DNA from: Camelus ferus
Taxonomy: Eukaryota
DNA: 64,000 nucleotides
Reading direction: 5' to 3'
Assembly: GCF_009834535.1 (NCBI RefSeq)
Contig: NC_045696.1
Coordinates: 120,096,001-120,160,000, forward strand
This document shows positions 1 through 13,300 of this stretch, piece after piece. Each line of letters begins with the position of its first letter. The first letter of the stretch is position 1. The translations under genes and the position numbers were made by a program. The notes beneath the pieces were generated by a model. It was not told the origin of the DNA and ran no database searches. It was given only the letters and a program-made list of their open reading frames with translations.

Positions 1-2009
1 CGGAGTGCCCTTGGTGGAGTGCGCCCCAGGGACTCTACTGAGACATGACCACCTTCTCGCGCCCCATTTTTCCTGCATCAGTAGCCCGGGGTGGACTTGT
101 TACATGCTGGTGTGGGGCTCTGGTGCCCAGAGAACAAGGCAGAAGCCGCATGGCCTCTTACGACCCAGACTTGGAGATCACCCATGTTCTACTGGTTCTC
201 AGTGGGTAGAAAGGGGCAGGACATTGCCACCACCTCTTGATCAGGGAGGGCAATGAACAAGAGCACGTGGGCTGGAGTGATGGCCACACCAACTTCGGAA
301 AACACAATTGACTGGAGTTCTCGTGTTGTCAATTACTCAGGGGGAGCAAAGCTCATAACTTTCAAGGAGACCAACTTGTTTAGTTTTCTTCTTTTTTTCT
401 TGATGACTAAAATCTGCCAGTAAACTCATGTCTAATAAAACATTTCAGAGCTCCCATTCCAGGAAAGATGACAAACTTCACCTTGTATGGGGATTTTGTA
501 TTAGTTTTGTACTAAAGAGTCACTTTATGAAAAAAAAAGTATATATACTGGCATCAGGGGACCCCAGGAATGCCCCATTCCACCCAGTCCTTTGAATTTT
601 CCACTTTCTCCTTTCCTGTTCACTGAGAGGAACTTTTCCACTTTCTCTTCATCTTGGCCTGTTTGTCTAAAGAAGAAAAAGGTAAAGGGGTAGATTTAGG
701 AGGATATTTAAAAATTTTTTTCTTTTAAGAAAATAATTCCTGAGTGGGTGCAAAAGGTTAAAAATGAAGAAATTTTCTTTTAGCCTATAAATCTCAAAAC
801 ATTTAATTATTAAATATCTGCAGGCTGACTTTTCCATTAATCAATGTGTTAAATTCGGTCTCTTGAACACTTATGTTTATCAAGCGTTTACCTCCAGCCA
901 CAGCCTGGTGGATTCAAAGAGGAGACAATACTCTTGCATGAAGTGAGCCTTCACCTTGGTGGCCAGAGGCACACAGAGTCGCCTTAGAGATTATCCCTGG
1001 TGGTTCATTCTGAGAAACGATGGTTGGATTTAGTGTTAGCAGCACTGCTTTCCATATAATATGGCCCCAAGGTCAGAGCCTGTGAACTATTTGTCTAGAA
1101 GGCAGCAACGACCACGGGTCTGTCTGTCTTTGGTTGGGGGGCGTGGCCAGGAAGGTTGTTAAGAAGCACTAGACACAGAGGTCAGACAGACGGGAACTCA
1201 CACACACACCTGCCCACGTGGGAGGGTGACCTCGATGAGTGTCACCACAAGAGGAGTGGGAAGTAGCTATGAGGTCCATATCAATAACCCCCGCCATGCT
1301 CTCTCCAAGTTCTTAGTGGATAGAATCTTCCAGAAAACTAGATGCTAATAAAACTTTCCTCCCTTTGTAAAGCGCTGACCTGGTTTGGGCTAGCTTTGTT
1401 CCATGACCGTCTCTTGGGTAGTTTTCTGGCTTTCTTATTTCTCGAGGAAAAAATGTTCTTAGGGACCCTATTTATGTAAAAAACCGAGTCCCAACTCCTT
1501 AGTGTGACATATACTCTGGGTGATGTGACCTCAGGCTGTTTGTCTTATTTCCTACTCCCACTGCCCTGCACACCAGATCAAGCTGTGAAGCCACGGACAT
1601 TCTGTCACCTCTGGGACTTTACTCGTCCTGTCCCTGCTGCTGACGTCTTGTTACCACCTCTTCCCAATTACACCTGGCTAGCTTCTCCTCCCTTAGGTCA
1701 CCTCCTCCAGGAAGCCTTCCCTGAATCCTCCCAATCTCCAACTGGATCAGGCTCTCCTTGCCTTCCCCAGTTATGGGACTGGTCACACTGCATCGTGATT
1801 CTCTCTTTGCCTGTCAGTCTCCCCACCTCCTCAGAAAGTTCCCTGAAAGAAAGGCCCAGAATCTTCTTTGTCAGTGCCTAGTGGATGCTTGACACGTAGT
1901 AGTTCTAAAGTATGTATTGGGTGGAAGAAGATACTTAACTGTAAGATTTTTAGAGTTTATAGTTTTCATGATTTATTACTAACATAATCAGGGTTAAAAG
2001 CCAGTTCAA

Positions 2010-3190
2010 CTCAAGGGAATGAGAAGACAAGCCACAGACTGGGATAAAATATTTGCAGAAGACATATTTGATAAACGACTATTATCCAAAATACACAAAA
2101 AAACCTCTTAAATCTCAACAATAAGAAAATAACCCGATTGAAAAGTGGATGAAATATCTGAACAGACACCACGTGAAAGAAGACATACAGATGGCAAATA
2201 AGCACTTGAAAAGATGCTCAATATGTCATCACGGAAGTGCAAATTAAATGACAATATGATTCCACTACACCTTTTGGGGTGGTGAACATCCAAAATACTG
2301 ACACCACCCAATGCTGGTGAGGATGTGGAGCAACGGGAACTCACATTCATTGCCGGTGGGGACTCCAAAACGGTACAGCCACTTTGGAAGAGAGTTTGGC
2401 AGTTTCTTGCAAAACCAAGTGTATTCTAATTGTACGATCCAGCAATCATGCTCCTTGGGATTCACCCAAATGAACTGAAAACTTATGTCCACACAAAAAA
2501 CCTGCACAAGGAAGTTTATAGCAGCTTTATTCATAATTGTCAAAACTTGGAAGCAACCAAGAGTCCTTCAGAAGATGAGTGGATAAACTGTGGTACATCC
2601 AGACAATGGAATCTTATTCAACACTCGAAGGGAGTGAGCTAGTAGGCTATGAAAAGACATGAAGTGATTGCATATTACTCGGTGAAAGAATCCGATCTGA
2701 AGAGGCTGCATCTTCAGGTACGACCCAAGTGTACAGCATTCTGGAAAAGGCAACATGGAGTCTGTAAAAAGATCAGTGGTTGCCAGGGATTAGAGGGGAG
2801 TGGGGGAGAATGGGTGGAGTACAGAGGATTTCTAGGGCAGTGAGACTACTTGTGTGAGACAACAGCGGTGGGTACTGTCATTTTATATTTTTCCAGACCC
2901 ACTGAATGTACAACACCAAGAGTGAACCCTAACGGAAGTATGGACTTTAGGTGGTAAGGAAAGGTCAGTGTGGGTTCATCAGTTGTAACGAACATATCAT
3001 AACATAACATAACATAACATAACATAACATAACATAACATAAAATAACATGTATAACATAACAAAAATGTAGGGTGTTGTCAGTGGGGAAGGCTGTGTAT
3101 GTGGGAGCAGGAGACATATGGAAACTCTCTGTACCTTCTGCTCAGTTTTGCAGTGAACTTAAAACTGCTCTAAAAATTGTTCATTAAAAA
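2010..3190 (+). mobile_element. Old LINE-1 3' remnant (L1M-type ORF2 end and 3'UTR) containing a (CATAA)n microsatellite
   Basis: Degenerate ORF2 C-terminal peptide YDPAIMLLGIHPNELKTYVHTK; typical 3'UTR ending aacttaaaactgctctaaaa. Confidence 0.8.
2996..3062. repeat. (CATAA)n pentanucleotide microsatellite
   Basis: Directly visible. Confidence 0.95.
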
Positions 3191-3399
3191 ATCTGGTCCA
3201 TCTGACATCAGTGATTTTACCGTGAGACTTCTGTCTTTCTCTCCCTGTACCCTGACTCCTAGAAGATATACAAATATATATATATATATAAAATATTATA
3301 TATAATAATATGTAATTTATAATAATAAACAAATATATATATCCAAAATGATAACCCTATTGCAAGATTTTAATTAGCCAAAAATTCCAGTTAAGAATG

Positions 3400-3900
3400 G
3401 CTGGAATAAAAAAGAACAAAAAAATGCCATTTGCAGCAACATGGATGGACCTGGAGATTGTCATATTAAGTGATGTCAGACAAAAGACAAATAACATATG
3501 ATGTTGCTTATATGCAGAATCTAAAAAAAAGATACAAATTTTATTTATAAACCAGAAATAGACTCAGGGACATAGAAAACAAACTGCATTTACCAGGAGG
3601 GAAAGGGTGGGGGAGGGATAGATTAGGAGTCTGGGATTAACAGATATACATAACTATATGTATATGTTATCTATATATAAAATAGATAAACAACAAGGAC
3701 CTACTATATAGCACAGGGAACTATATTCAATTTCTTGTAATGAGCCATAATGGACAGGAAATTGAAAAAATACATATGTATGTAGGTATACGTATAACTG
3801 AATCTCTTTGCTGTACACCTGAAACTAACATCATATATCCATAACACATCAATAAAACATAAGGAAAAAAAGTAGAAAAGAAAAGAATGTAGAAAAAAAA
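3400..3900 (+). mobile_element. L1 3' fragment
   Basis: atgccatttgcagcaacatggatggacctggag...ctgtacacctgaaactaaca followed by an A-rich tail. Confidence 0.8.
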
Positions 3901-4046
3901 AGAATGGCTGGAAATGTTGACACTGGCTGGTGTTTAGACTTGGCTGAGGCGGGGGTATTATAACAGAGACATGTGGGGTATTTTCTCTGGCTGAAAAGAA
4001 TTGACTGGACCTTTACTAGATCACCTTCCCATTGAGCTTCAGGGGC

Positions 4047-4330
4047 ATGGTAATGGTGGTGGCGGTGATGGAGGTGGTGGTGGTGATGGTGGTGAGAGTA
4101 ACGACGATGATGTGGGGATCGTAGTGATGGTGGGAGAGGTGGTGACAATAGTGGTCTTGGTGGTGGTGGTGGTGTAGGGGTGGAGGTGGTGGAGGTGATG
4201 GAGGTGGTGTTGAGAGTAATGACAATGACGTGGGGGTCGTAGTGATGGTGGGGAAGGAGGTGATGATAGTGCTTTCGGTGGTGGTGGTGGTGATTTTGTG
4301 GTGGTGGGGGTGGAGGTGGTGAAGGTGATG
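4047..4330. repeat. Degenerate (GGT)n repeat with a higher-order ~118-bp duplication
   Basis: gagagtaa(c/t)gac(g/a)atga..tgggg..tcgtagtgatggtggg recurs at 4094 and 4212. Confidence 0.9.
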
Positions 4331-5120
4331 AATGCAATACTGGTGGTGACAGCCCAGCTTTCAGAGGAAATTGCCCCCACCAAGAAGTTACCAAGTAGCA
4401 GAAACCTCCCTCCCCTGAAAAGAGGGTTCTGTTATGAACCCTTCTCAGGCACCGTGGAAGTGATTTTCCTACAGGATTCACTTTATCCTCACAATGTCCT
4501 TGTGGGGAGGTTGTCTGTGGCAATAATCTCACACTGTAGCTGGGAACACTAGGGCCCCTAGAGGATAATGAATTGCCTAAGGGTACTCTTGGCCTCAGCC
4601 TGAAATCCCTGAGAACGGAGAACGTGAGACAGGGGCTTGCACAGTTCATTTTGGCAAGCCATCTCAGGGGACATGAATAAGGGTAGGAAAAATACACAAG
4701 GGTGGATTTAGTTGGATTTCTTATCACTATAGGCAACTGCTTTGTTCTGGAATCTTCTGAGGGGCTGGTAGAATGTTCCCACAGGCATCTCAAGCATCCG
4801 CTGCCTTAGAGAATCCTTGGAAGCAGACACGGAGAGACAATCAGTGCAGCTGAGACAGGCTGCTGTCACCTGCCCGCCCAGGTAGCTGGTGATCCCAGAA
4901 GACAGATTTTTGGTGATGGTGCAGGAGTTTCAACCCAAATCTTTCCAAGTCTAAAGTCCGTGTTCTTTCTTGGCTCTTAAGCAGCCACGGAAGGACTCAC
5001 AGGAAATTCTTAAGGTTATTTACGACTGAAATATCCAATTCAAACCATCGGCGGTTCCCAAAGTTCGTAACAATCACATTCTGACACCTACAAGCGCTAC
5101 TGAGGTCCGGCTTTGCACTT

Positions 5121-5153
5121 AGCAGTGCCCACGGCGGCCTCCAGGTGGCGCCA
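5121..5153 (+). promoter_or_regulatory. Predicted CTCF site with upstream module, in a small CpG-rich patch
   Basis: Core GGCCTCCAGGTGGCGCC (5136-5152) preceded 5 nt upstream by AGCAGTGCCC. Confidence 0.65.
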
Positions 5154-5687
5154 GCGCACGCGCGGTGGCTGGAGGTGGCACAGGTGTGCGGGCTGCCCGT
5201 CTAGTCCTGGTGCTGGACGCAGCCTGGGCGCCATCAAGTTCATTATGAATAGAGCAAGGAGCATTTATGAACCCGTAATAAAGAGAATTCTAAAATAACT
5301 CTGAGAACATCATGCTGAAACAAAGAGTGATTTTTATTCCCCACGTCCCCCTTTCTAGAAAGACGTTCCCTTGGTTAACACATCCTCGGGTCACCAGCTT
5401 TTGCAGACAAGAAAGATTGGGGAGTTTGCAAGCTGACTTGCAGGCCTCTAGGGAAGTGTTTCTGGAAGTGTGGACCTGCCTGAGAATCTCTGGATGGTAG
5501 TTAAATACAGACACCTGGGATTCACCCTGGACTCACGGGGCTGCACAGCAGTAGACGTCCCCACAGTCCAGTCTAACTCGGGACTAGTCCCATTCTCCAC
5601 CTCTCTCTGCAGGGCTAGCTCCCCAGGAGGCTCTCCTTGGCTGTCTCACATGTCTGACTGGTACCAGGCCTTCTGAATGGAATTATA

Positions 5688-6168
5688 TGTTGACGGGAAA
5701 AAGATGCCCAACCTAAAAGCGGAGAATGGTTTTACTTGGTGGACTCTCTGAGGACTTCAAGCTCAGGATGACAGCCTCTCAGATCGCTCTAAGACACTGC
5801 TCCCAAGAGGTGAGGGAAAAGCCAGGATTTACAGGATTTTTTAAAACAAAGACCAGGTAGTCGGAACATTAAAAGATTACTGTTAAGTAAATAAAACCAG
5901 ACATCTCCAGTTAAAGAGTTTAGTGCTCTTTTCTATGTATAGGAGGGACCAAACAGCTGGGCTCATTGAGATCATTCCTTTGGCAAGCACCTGGCTACCT
6001 AGGGCCAATATCCTGTCCTTTGGAGTTCTGAGTCCCCTCAGGCTGCCAGGCCAAGCTGCCTGCCTGTCTTCACTGTGGGGGAGGGGGGTGGCAGCAGTGG
6101 CTGACGGCTTGATGGCTTCAGCAGCATTCTTTGTCTACTGCTATGGCTTGCAGTGTTTTTTGTTCACA
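5688..6168 (-). mobile_element. Probable solo ERV LTR (~480 bp), nested in an older LTR16/ERVL-like remnant that ends near 6713
   Basis: TGT...ACA termini (tgttgac...gttcaca); the flanking element ends ccctgactgacaca; no clean TSD. Confidence 0.5.
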
Positions 6169-8280
6169 TCTGCGTAGTTCCCGTCCCGCATGGGCCCCAT
6201 GAGACACTTGGATGAAACGCGGAGAACAGAAGAAAGTCAGCAGCTGTGCTGTGTGTCTTTCACATGCGGAAGGTGGGTGCTGGGTGCCCGTCGAGGGGGC
6301 AGCTCACGCTGCTTGTCACCCATCTGCTGGCCCACCTGGTCGGTCCAAAGCCACCGCGCCCCCACTTCTGCCCAGTCTCCTCCATGGCTTCTCCAACTTC
6401 TGGGCCAGGTGTGTGTTGACCTCCATGAGCAAGGGAACTTCGCCTGCAGGTCACTTACGTCACTGTAGATGGACGTGGTTCCCTCCGTCCTGAGCTCCAG
6501 CTGGATCTGCTCTCCCCTGCATCACAGCCATCCTTCCTTCTGCTGACTGGCCCTGCTGCCTCAGCCCCCCGTGTCTGATGTGGCAATGACAGACCTACGT
6601 GAACTGTCTCACCAGCTCTCATGATTGTGTAACTTCAAATCCCTTTAATATAACTTCTATTATTTTTATTTCTCCTGGTGTTTCTGCTTCTGCAATCAAA
6701 CCCTGACTGACACAGGTGTGGAAAAAAGAACAGAATCAGGAAAATTTGGTGCTTATAGATACATAGATTTCTTGGGACTAACACCGGTTCCTGAAATTAC
6801 TGTGGACATTGTATACCTACGTAGCACCAGGGTCATATCAAATACAAGACCTTTGGACAATTCCCTTGTTTAATGGCTTGACTGACTGCATCAGCATTTC
6901 TCGTGCCCCAGCTGCTGTGAATGAGAGGCTAATTTTAAAGAAGTGTGAGCTCTCGGTCTGCAGCTGGCAGTGGCGGGAGGCGGGAGGCGGGGGCGCAGGG
7001 CTTTTGGAGGACTTAGTCAACATCTTGATTTTGCTCTGTCAGCTTCCTTCTTTGATTCTTGGTTCCCAGGAGGCCTCAGGAAAAGTCCAGGCCTCAGACT
7101 GCAGCTGCTAAAGCCAGGATGTTGGCCCAGCACCAGTTCTGCAGAACCAGAGGGTGTTTTTCTACACAGTGGAGGTGAGTGGGCAGGGTCTGACAGGCCG
7201 GATGCTCTGGCCCCCACACCAGCCCTTTCCCCTGGTTGGAATAGGCTGCGCAGAAGCTAGGAGGCTGTTCCCACCCATCTGCCCCATCCCTCGTGGTCCA
7301 GGATTCACAAACTTTGGCATTCTTTTCAGATATTATTGCCAACAAAAGTAGTCAGAACTGGTTTTGAAATTATAAATGATTTCCTGAGGTCTTCTTATGA
7401 GTCCACATTATTTTTTTCCCTTTTCAGTTTGTTTTTCCTAATGAAGAGCTAACAAAAGACAGTTTGAGAAAACCACAGACTATTTTGCTTTTTGTAGAAT
7501 TTAAAGTAAAAATAATATTTCTATAATGCTGGGCTGCACCTCTCAAGCTTCAAAACCAAAGAAAGAGCCCGGTGTCAGCCACAGAGACATCGATGGGTTA
7601 GTGGAAGCAGGGAGCGTCCATGTCTGAACCAGGTCCTGGAGTGAATCCTCGCTGTGTGCAGGGGAGGTGAGCCAGACAGGGCAGCAGTCTTAGCTCCTGG
7701 GGGCAGGGGGAGGTTCTGAGTTATAAGGGAACTGATGCCAGGTTGGCTCATCCGTTACCAAGGAGACCAGCAGAGGGCCCCACTCCTCACCCCTCACCGC
7801 CCCTTTGATAAAACAGCCACTAGCCGCGCTTAGGGCAAGTACCACAAAGGTCAGTCCCGTGAGCTGGTTTAAGTGAAACAGACACTGGTCCGGCAGGGGA
7901 TGTACCAAGATCAAGAGAACAGTCATCTTATGGGGTGGGCTTCTGAACATATGTACAGAATAACCAGTCAGAAAACTTAGCTGCTCTGAATGGAAAGGCG
8001 AGTCAATTGCAGGTGTGTAGCTTTGAGAGGCGTTTTATAAACATGGGAAATGTTATCCTCAACTGCCCCTCCCAGATGAAGATTTTAATCAGTGGATGAA
8101 TAAAGATTCTTGTAGCTTCCTTTCAAACCCTGACACGGGGTCCAGCAGCCCCAATCAGCCTACAGCCCAGAGCTTTGTTAAGCCACAGCCTGGGAGTTAG
8201 CTGGTTACATAGGGCATCCCCGAGGAGCGGTACTTTTCTTTCTCTGCTCCGAATAATAACTATCATGATAGAGCTCTTAT

Positions 8281-8882
8281 TGTTGCCAGCAATTAAGTTC
8301 TATGTCACAGAAAGAATTCAGAGTCAATACACAGAGATTAAGAAAGTAAAGTGAGGACTTACTAAGGGATGGATAGCACACTCCCAAGGGGAGAGCGGGC
8401 AGGCTCAGGTGAGCGGTTGCCTTGAGTTTCTTTGACAAGCTGATTACACAGGGTGTAAAAATGAATGGGCAAAATATTCATTGGGGAGGGAAGGGTTTGG
8501 GGTCGTATTCCCTGATTTCCATCCCAGCTCCACCCTCCTGAGGGGAAGAGAGATTTTTGTCCTTATTTAGCCTGGATCAGAAGTGTCTTGGCACTAGTGC
8601 ATGATGGGCACTTCTCATCTGCAAGGCTAATTTTATTGAAATGAGGGCATACTGAGCAAAGGGTTACATTTGGACACTGGAGATTCCTGTCTTTTCCCCA
8701 TCTTTCTTTGTTGGCCTCCAGGACACTTGTCAACCCTAAATGTGATTTCTTATGAGTTTGGAGGTTCCTGCTTTTCTCTGTCTGCCCAGGGACCCTGGTT
8801 GTTCACAAGGTGTGAGGTTTCCTGCCATCTGGCCTGAGCCCCACTGTCTCTGTTCACGTCTAGCTCTCTGCCTGCTCTAACA
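8281..8882 (-). mobile_element. Probable solo ERV LTR (~600 bp) inserted in a MIR
   Basis: tgttg...taaca termini, near-TSD ttat/ttac; flanks rejoin to MIR-like sequence (gaggctgaggctcagag). Confidence 0.6.
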
Positions 8883-9049
8883 TTACTATGCTTCAGGAAC
8901 TGTACTAAACCTTTAAAATACGTTACTTCAGTTCTTTACAACAATCCTTTGATGTAGTATTATTGCAGACAAAGAGGCTGAGGCTCAGAGCAGTCCCCAG
9001 CCTGGGTTCACGTAGCTGGCCAGCTCCTTGCTCTGCACCAGCCAAGCTC

Positions 9050-9222
9050 ACACAGATCCAGACCAGCTGCGTAGCGTCAGCATCACCATGGAACGTGTTA
9101 GAAATGCAAATTCCTGGGCCCCAGGCCAGATCTGCTGAATCAGAAACCCTGGGTGGAGCCCAGCAGTCTGTACAAACCTTCCAGGTGGCTCTCACACACA
9201 CCGGCGTTTGTGAAGAGCTGCA
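9050..9222. mobile_element. MER5A-type hAT MITE (similar copies at ~36075-36270 and ~61925-62070)
   Basis: cagcatcacc...gttagaaatgcaaattcctgggcccc...ctgaatcagaaac. Confidence 0.75.
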
Positions 9223-9539
9223 TTAGAGAGGTCACAGGACCGTAGACCGCCAGCTTTTAAGTCAGATCCCAAAGATCTTAAATACTATAGGCCACTGGGA
9301 TGGGCAGGTGCCACAAGAAGGTTCTTGGAGGAGCTGGATCTCGACGCAGGCTCAGAGGGTGGGAGACTCAGGTGAAGGAAAGAAGAGGATGCAAATGGAG
9401 AGGAAGGGCACTCAGAAAGCCTGGGGAGGGGAGTGGATGTGATTTTTGCAGAAGTGCCAGGGACTTGAGTGGGTGAAGCAGAAAGAAAGCTGGAAAAGAG
9501 TGATGCTTCACAATATTTCTTTACAAGTACTTTTTAAAA

Positions 9540-9830
9540 ATAGAAGTATAATCAGTTTACAACGTTGCATCAATTTCTGGTGTACAGCATCATCTTTCAG
9601 TCAGTCATACATACACATACATATATTCATTTTCATATTCTTTTTCATTGTAGGTTACTACAAGATATTGAATATAGTTCCCTGTGCTGTACAGTAAGAC
9701 CTTGTTGTTTATCTATTTTATGTATACTGGTTAGTATCTGCTAATCTCAAACTCCCAGTTTATCCCTTCCCACCCCTTTCCCTCTCTGGTAACCATAAGT
9801 TTATTCTTTATTTTTGTGAATCTGTTTCTT
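9540..9830 (-). mobile_element. L1 3'UTR fragment with imperfect TSD
   Basis: ccctgtgctgtacagtaagacc motif; tttcttta(c)aagtactttt flanks both ends. Confidence 0.8.
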
Positions 9831-10324
9831 TAAAGTACTTTTAAATTTATTCATGGAAGGAGTATGGAGCGATTATCAATGTCTGAGCATGGTTGTGATC
9901 CGTTTAGCCTAAGAAACTAAAAAAGAGTCTGGGAAGATGGAAACTTGTCAGTGCATTTGTGTTTCAGTGAAATGAGCAGGGTTCAGTTTTAGGTGCACAG
10001 AGTGTGGCTGTGTACACATGCATGCGTGTGTGTGTACGTGTGTGTGGCGTGCTGGGATGGGGTGGCTCCTCCGTGAACAGCTCCCTGCAGTGACACTAGT
10101 GAGGAATCAGGGAGAGGAGAGGATGTTGGCTCATTGTGAAGGCAAAACATTTTTGCTAATTATCTTTGTCTCCTCTTTAATTTAGACAATAAAGGGCCAT
10201 TACTGACATATATAGATATAGATATAGATATATATTTTTTTGGTTATAGAGAGGCTTTATTGTCAAATTTTTAGGTGTCATAGTAGTTGTGTGGTTATGT
10301 TTAAAAAACAAAAATTTTTTGAAG

Positions 10325-13300
10325 GTTTTTTGAAACTTTTTTTTATTGATTTACAATCATTTTACAATGTTGTGTCAAATTCCAGTGTAGAGAACAATTT
10401 TTCAGTTATACAAGAACATACATATATTCATTGTCACATTTTGTTCTCCGTGGGCTGCCATAAGATCCTGTGTATATTTCCCTGTGCTATACAGTATAAT
10501 CTTGTTTATCTATTCTACAATTTTGAAATCCCAGTCTATCCCTTCCCACCTATTGCCACCTTGGCAACCACAAGTTTGTATTCTACGTCTATGAGTCTAT
10601 TTCTGTTTTGTATTTATGCTTTGTGGGTGTGTGTGTGTGTGTGTGTGTTTTAGATTCCATATATGAGCGAGCTCATATGGTATTTTACTTTCTCTTTCTG
10701 GCTTCCTTCACTTAGAATGACATTCTCCAGGAGCATCCATGTTGCTGCAAATGGCGTATGTTGTCGGTTTTTATGGCTGAGTAGTATTCCATTGTATACA
10801 TATACCACTTCTTCTTTATCCAGTCATCCATTGATGGACATTTAGGCTGTTTCCATGTCTTGGCTATTGTAAATAGTGCTGCTATGAACATTGGGGTGCA
10901 GGTGTCATCCTGAAGTAGGGTCCCTTCTGGATATATGCCCAGGAGCGGGATTCCTGGGTCATATGGTAAGTCTATTCCTAGTCTTTGGAGGAATCTCCAT
11001 ACTGTTTTCCACAGTGGCTGCACCAATTGCATTCCCATCAGCAGTGAAGGAGGGTTCCCCTTCCTCCACAGCCTCTCCAGCATTTGTCATTTGTGGATAT
11101 TTGAATGATGGCCATTCTGACTGGTGTGAGGTGATACCTCATTGTAGTTTTGATTTGCATTTCTCTCATAATTAGTGATATTGAGCACTTTTTCATGTGT
11201 CTATTGATCATTTGTATGTCTTCCTTGGAGAATTGCTTGTTTAGGTCTTCTGCCCATTTTTGGATTGGGTTGTTTGGTTGTTTCTTATTAACTCGTATGA
11301 GCTGCTCATATATTCTGGAGATCAAGCCTTTGTCGGTTTCATTTGCAAGCACTTTCTCCCATTCCCTAGGTTGTCTTTTTGTTTTACTTATGGTTTCCTT
11401 TGCTGTGCAGAAGCTTGTAAGTTTCATTAGGTCCCATTTGTTTATTCTTGCTTTTATTTCTTCTAGGTTGAAAATTTTTGAGATGTATGTCAGATAATGT
11501 TTTGCCTATATTTTCCTCTAGGAGATTTATTGTATCTTTTCTTATGTTTAAGTCTTTGATCCACTTTGAGTTGATTTTTGTGTATGGTGTGAGGGAGTGT
11601 TCTAGCTTCACTGCTCTACATGCTGCTGTCCAGTTTTCCCAACTCCATTTGCTGAAGAGACTGTCTTTATTCCATTGTATATTCTTGCCTCCTTTGTTGA
11701 AGATTAGTTGACCAAAAGTTTGTGGGTTCATTTCTGGGCTTTCTATTCTATTCCATTGGTCTAGATATCTGTTTTTGTACCAATACCATGCTGTCTTGAT
11801 GACTATAGCTCTGTAGTATTGTCTGAAGTCTGGGGAGTTATTCCTCCAGCCTCTTTCTTTCTCTTCAGTAATGCTTTGGCAATTCTAGGTCTTTGATGGT
11901 TCCATATAAATTTTATTATGATTTGTCCTAGTTCTGTGAAATATGTCCTGGGTAATTTGATAGGGGTTGCATTAAATCTGTAGATTTCCTTGGGCAGTGT
12001 GACCATTTTAACAATATTGATTCTTCCAATCCAAGAGCATGGGATATCTTTCCATTTTTTAAAGACTTCTTTAATTTCTTTCATCAATGGTGTATAGTTT
12101 TCTGTGTATAATTCTTTCACCTCCTTGGTTAGATTTATTCCTAGGTATTTTATTACTTTGGGTGCTATTTTAAAGTGGATTGTTTCTTTATTTTCCTTTT
12201 CTGCTGATTCATTGTTAGTGTAAAGAAATGCAACTGATTTTTGAACGTTAATCTTGTAACCTACTACCTTGCTGAATTCTTCTATCAGCTCTAGTAGTTT
12301 TTGTGTGGACCTTTTAGGGTTTTCTATATATAGTAACATGTCATCGGCATATAGTGACACTTTTACCTCTCCTTTTCCAATTTGGATCCCTTTTAGTTCT
12401 CTCTCTTGCCTGATTGCTGTGGCTAGGACTTTCAGGACTATGTTGAATAGGAGTGGTGATAGTGGGCATCCTTGTCTTGTCCAAGATTTTGGTGGGAAGC
12501 TTTTGAGTCTTTCAACATTGAGTACTATGCTGGCTGTAGGTTTGTCATATATAGCTTATATGATGTTGAGATATGTTCCCTCTATACCCACTTTGGTGAG
12601 AGTTTTTATCATAAATGGGTGCTGAATTTTATCAAATGCTTTTTCTGCATCTATTGAGATGATCATGTGGTTTTTGTCCTTTCTCTTGTTGATGTGATGT
12701 ATTACATTCATTGATTTGCATATGCTGAACCACCCTTGTGTCCCTGGGATGAACCCCACTTGGTCATGATGTATAATCTTTTTTATGAGTTGCTGGATTC
12801 TATTTGCTAATATTTTGGTGAGGATTTTGGCGTCTAAGTTCATCAGTGATATTGGCCTGTAATTCTCTTTTTTGGTAGTGTCTTTGCCTGGTTTTGGTAT
12901 CAGGGTGATGGTGGCTTCATAGAATGAGTTTGGGAGTATTCCCTCCTTTTCAATCATCTGGGAGAGTTTAAGAAGGACTGGTATGAGTTCTTCTTTGTAT
13001 GTTTGGTAGAATTCCCTGGTGAAGCCGTCCGGTCCTGGACTTTTATTTGTAGGGAGGTTTTTATTGCTATTTCGATTTCATTTCTAGTGATCGGTTTGTT
13101 CAAGTGGTCAGTTTCCTCTTGATTCAGTCTTGGTGGACAGTATGTTTCCAGAAACTTGTCCATCTCCTCTAGGTTATCCAGTTTGGTTCCGTATAGTTTT
13201 TCATAGTAATCTCGTATGATATTCTGTATTTCTATTTTTTGTTGTAATTTCTCCATTTTCCTTTCTTATTTTGGTTATTTGTGCTCTATCTTTTTTGTTC

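Noticed and set aside
3849..4793. 314-aa minus-strand His/Pro-rich ORF
   Set aside because: Openness is explained by the (ACC)n repeat; non-ATG start, no domain similarity and no splice structure.
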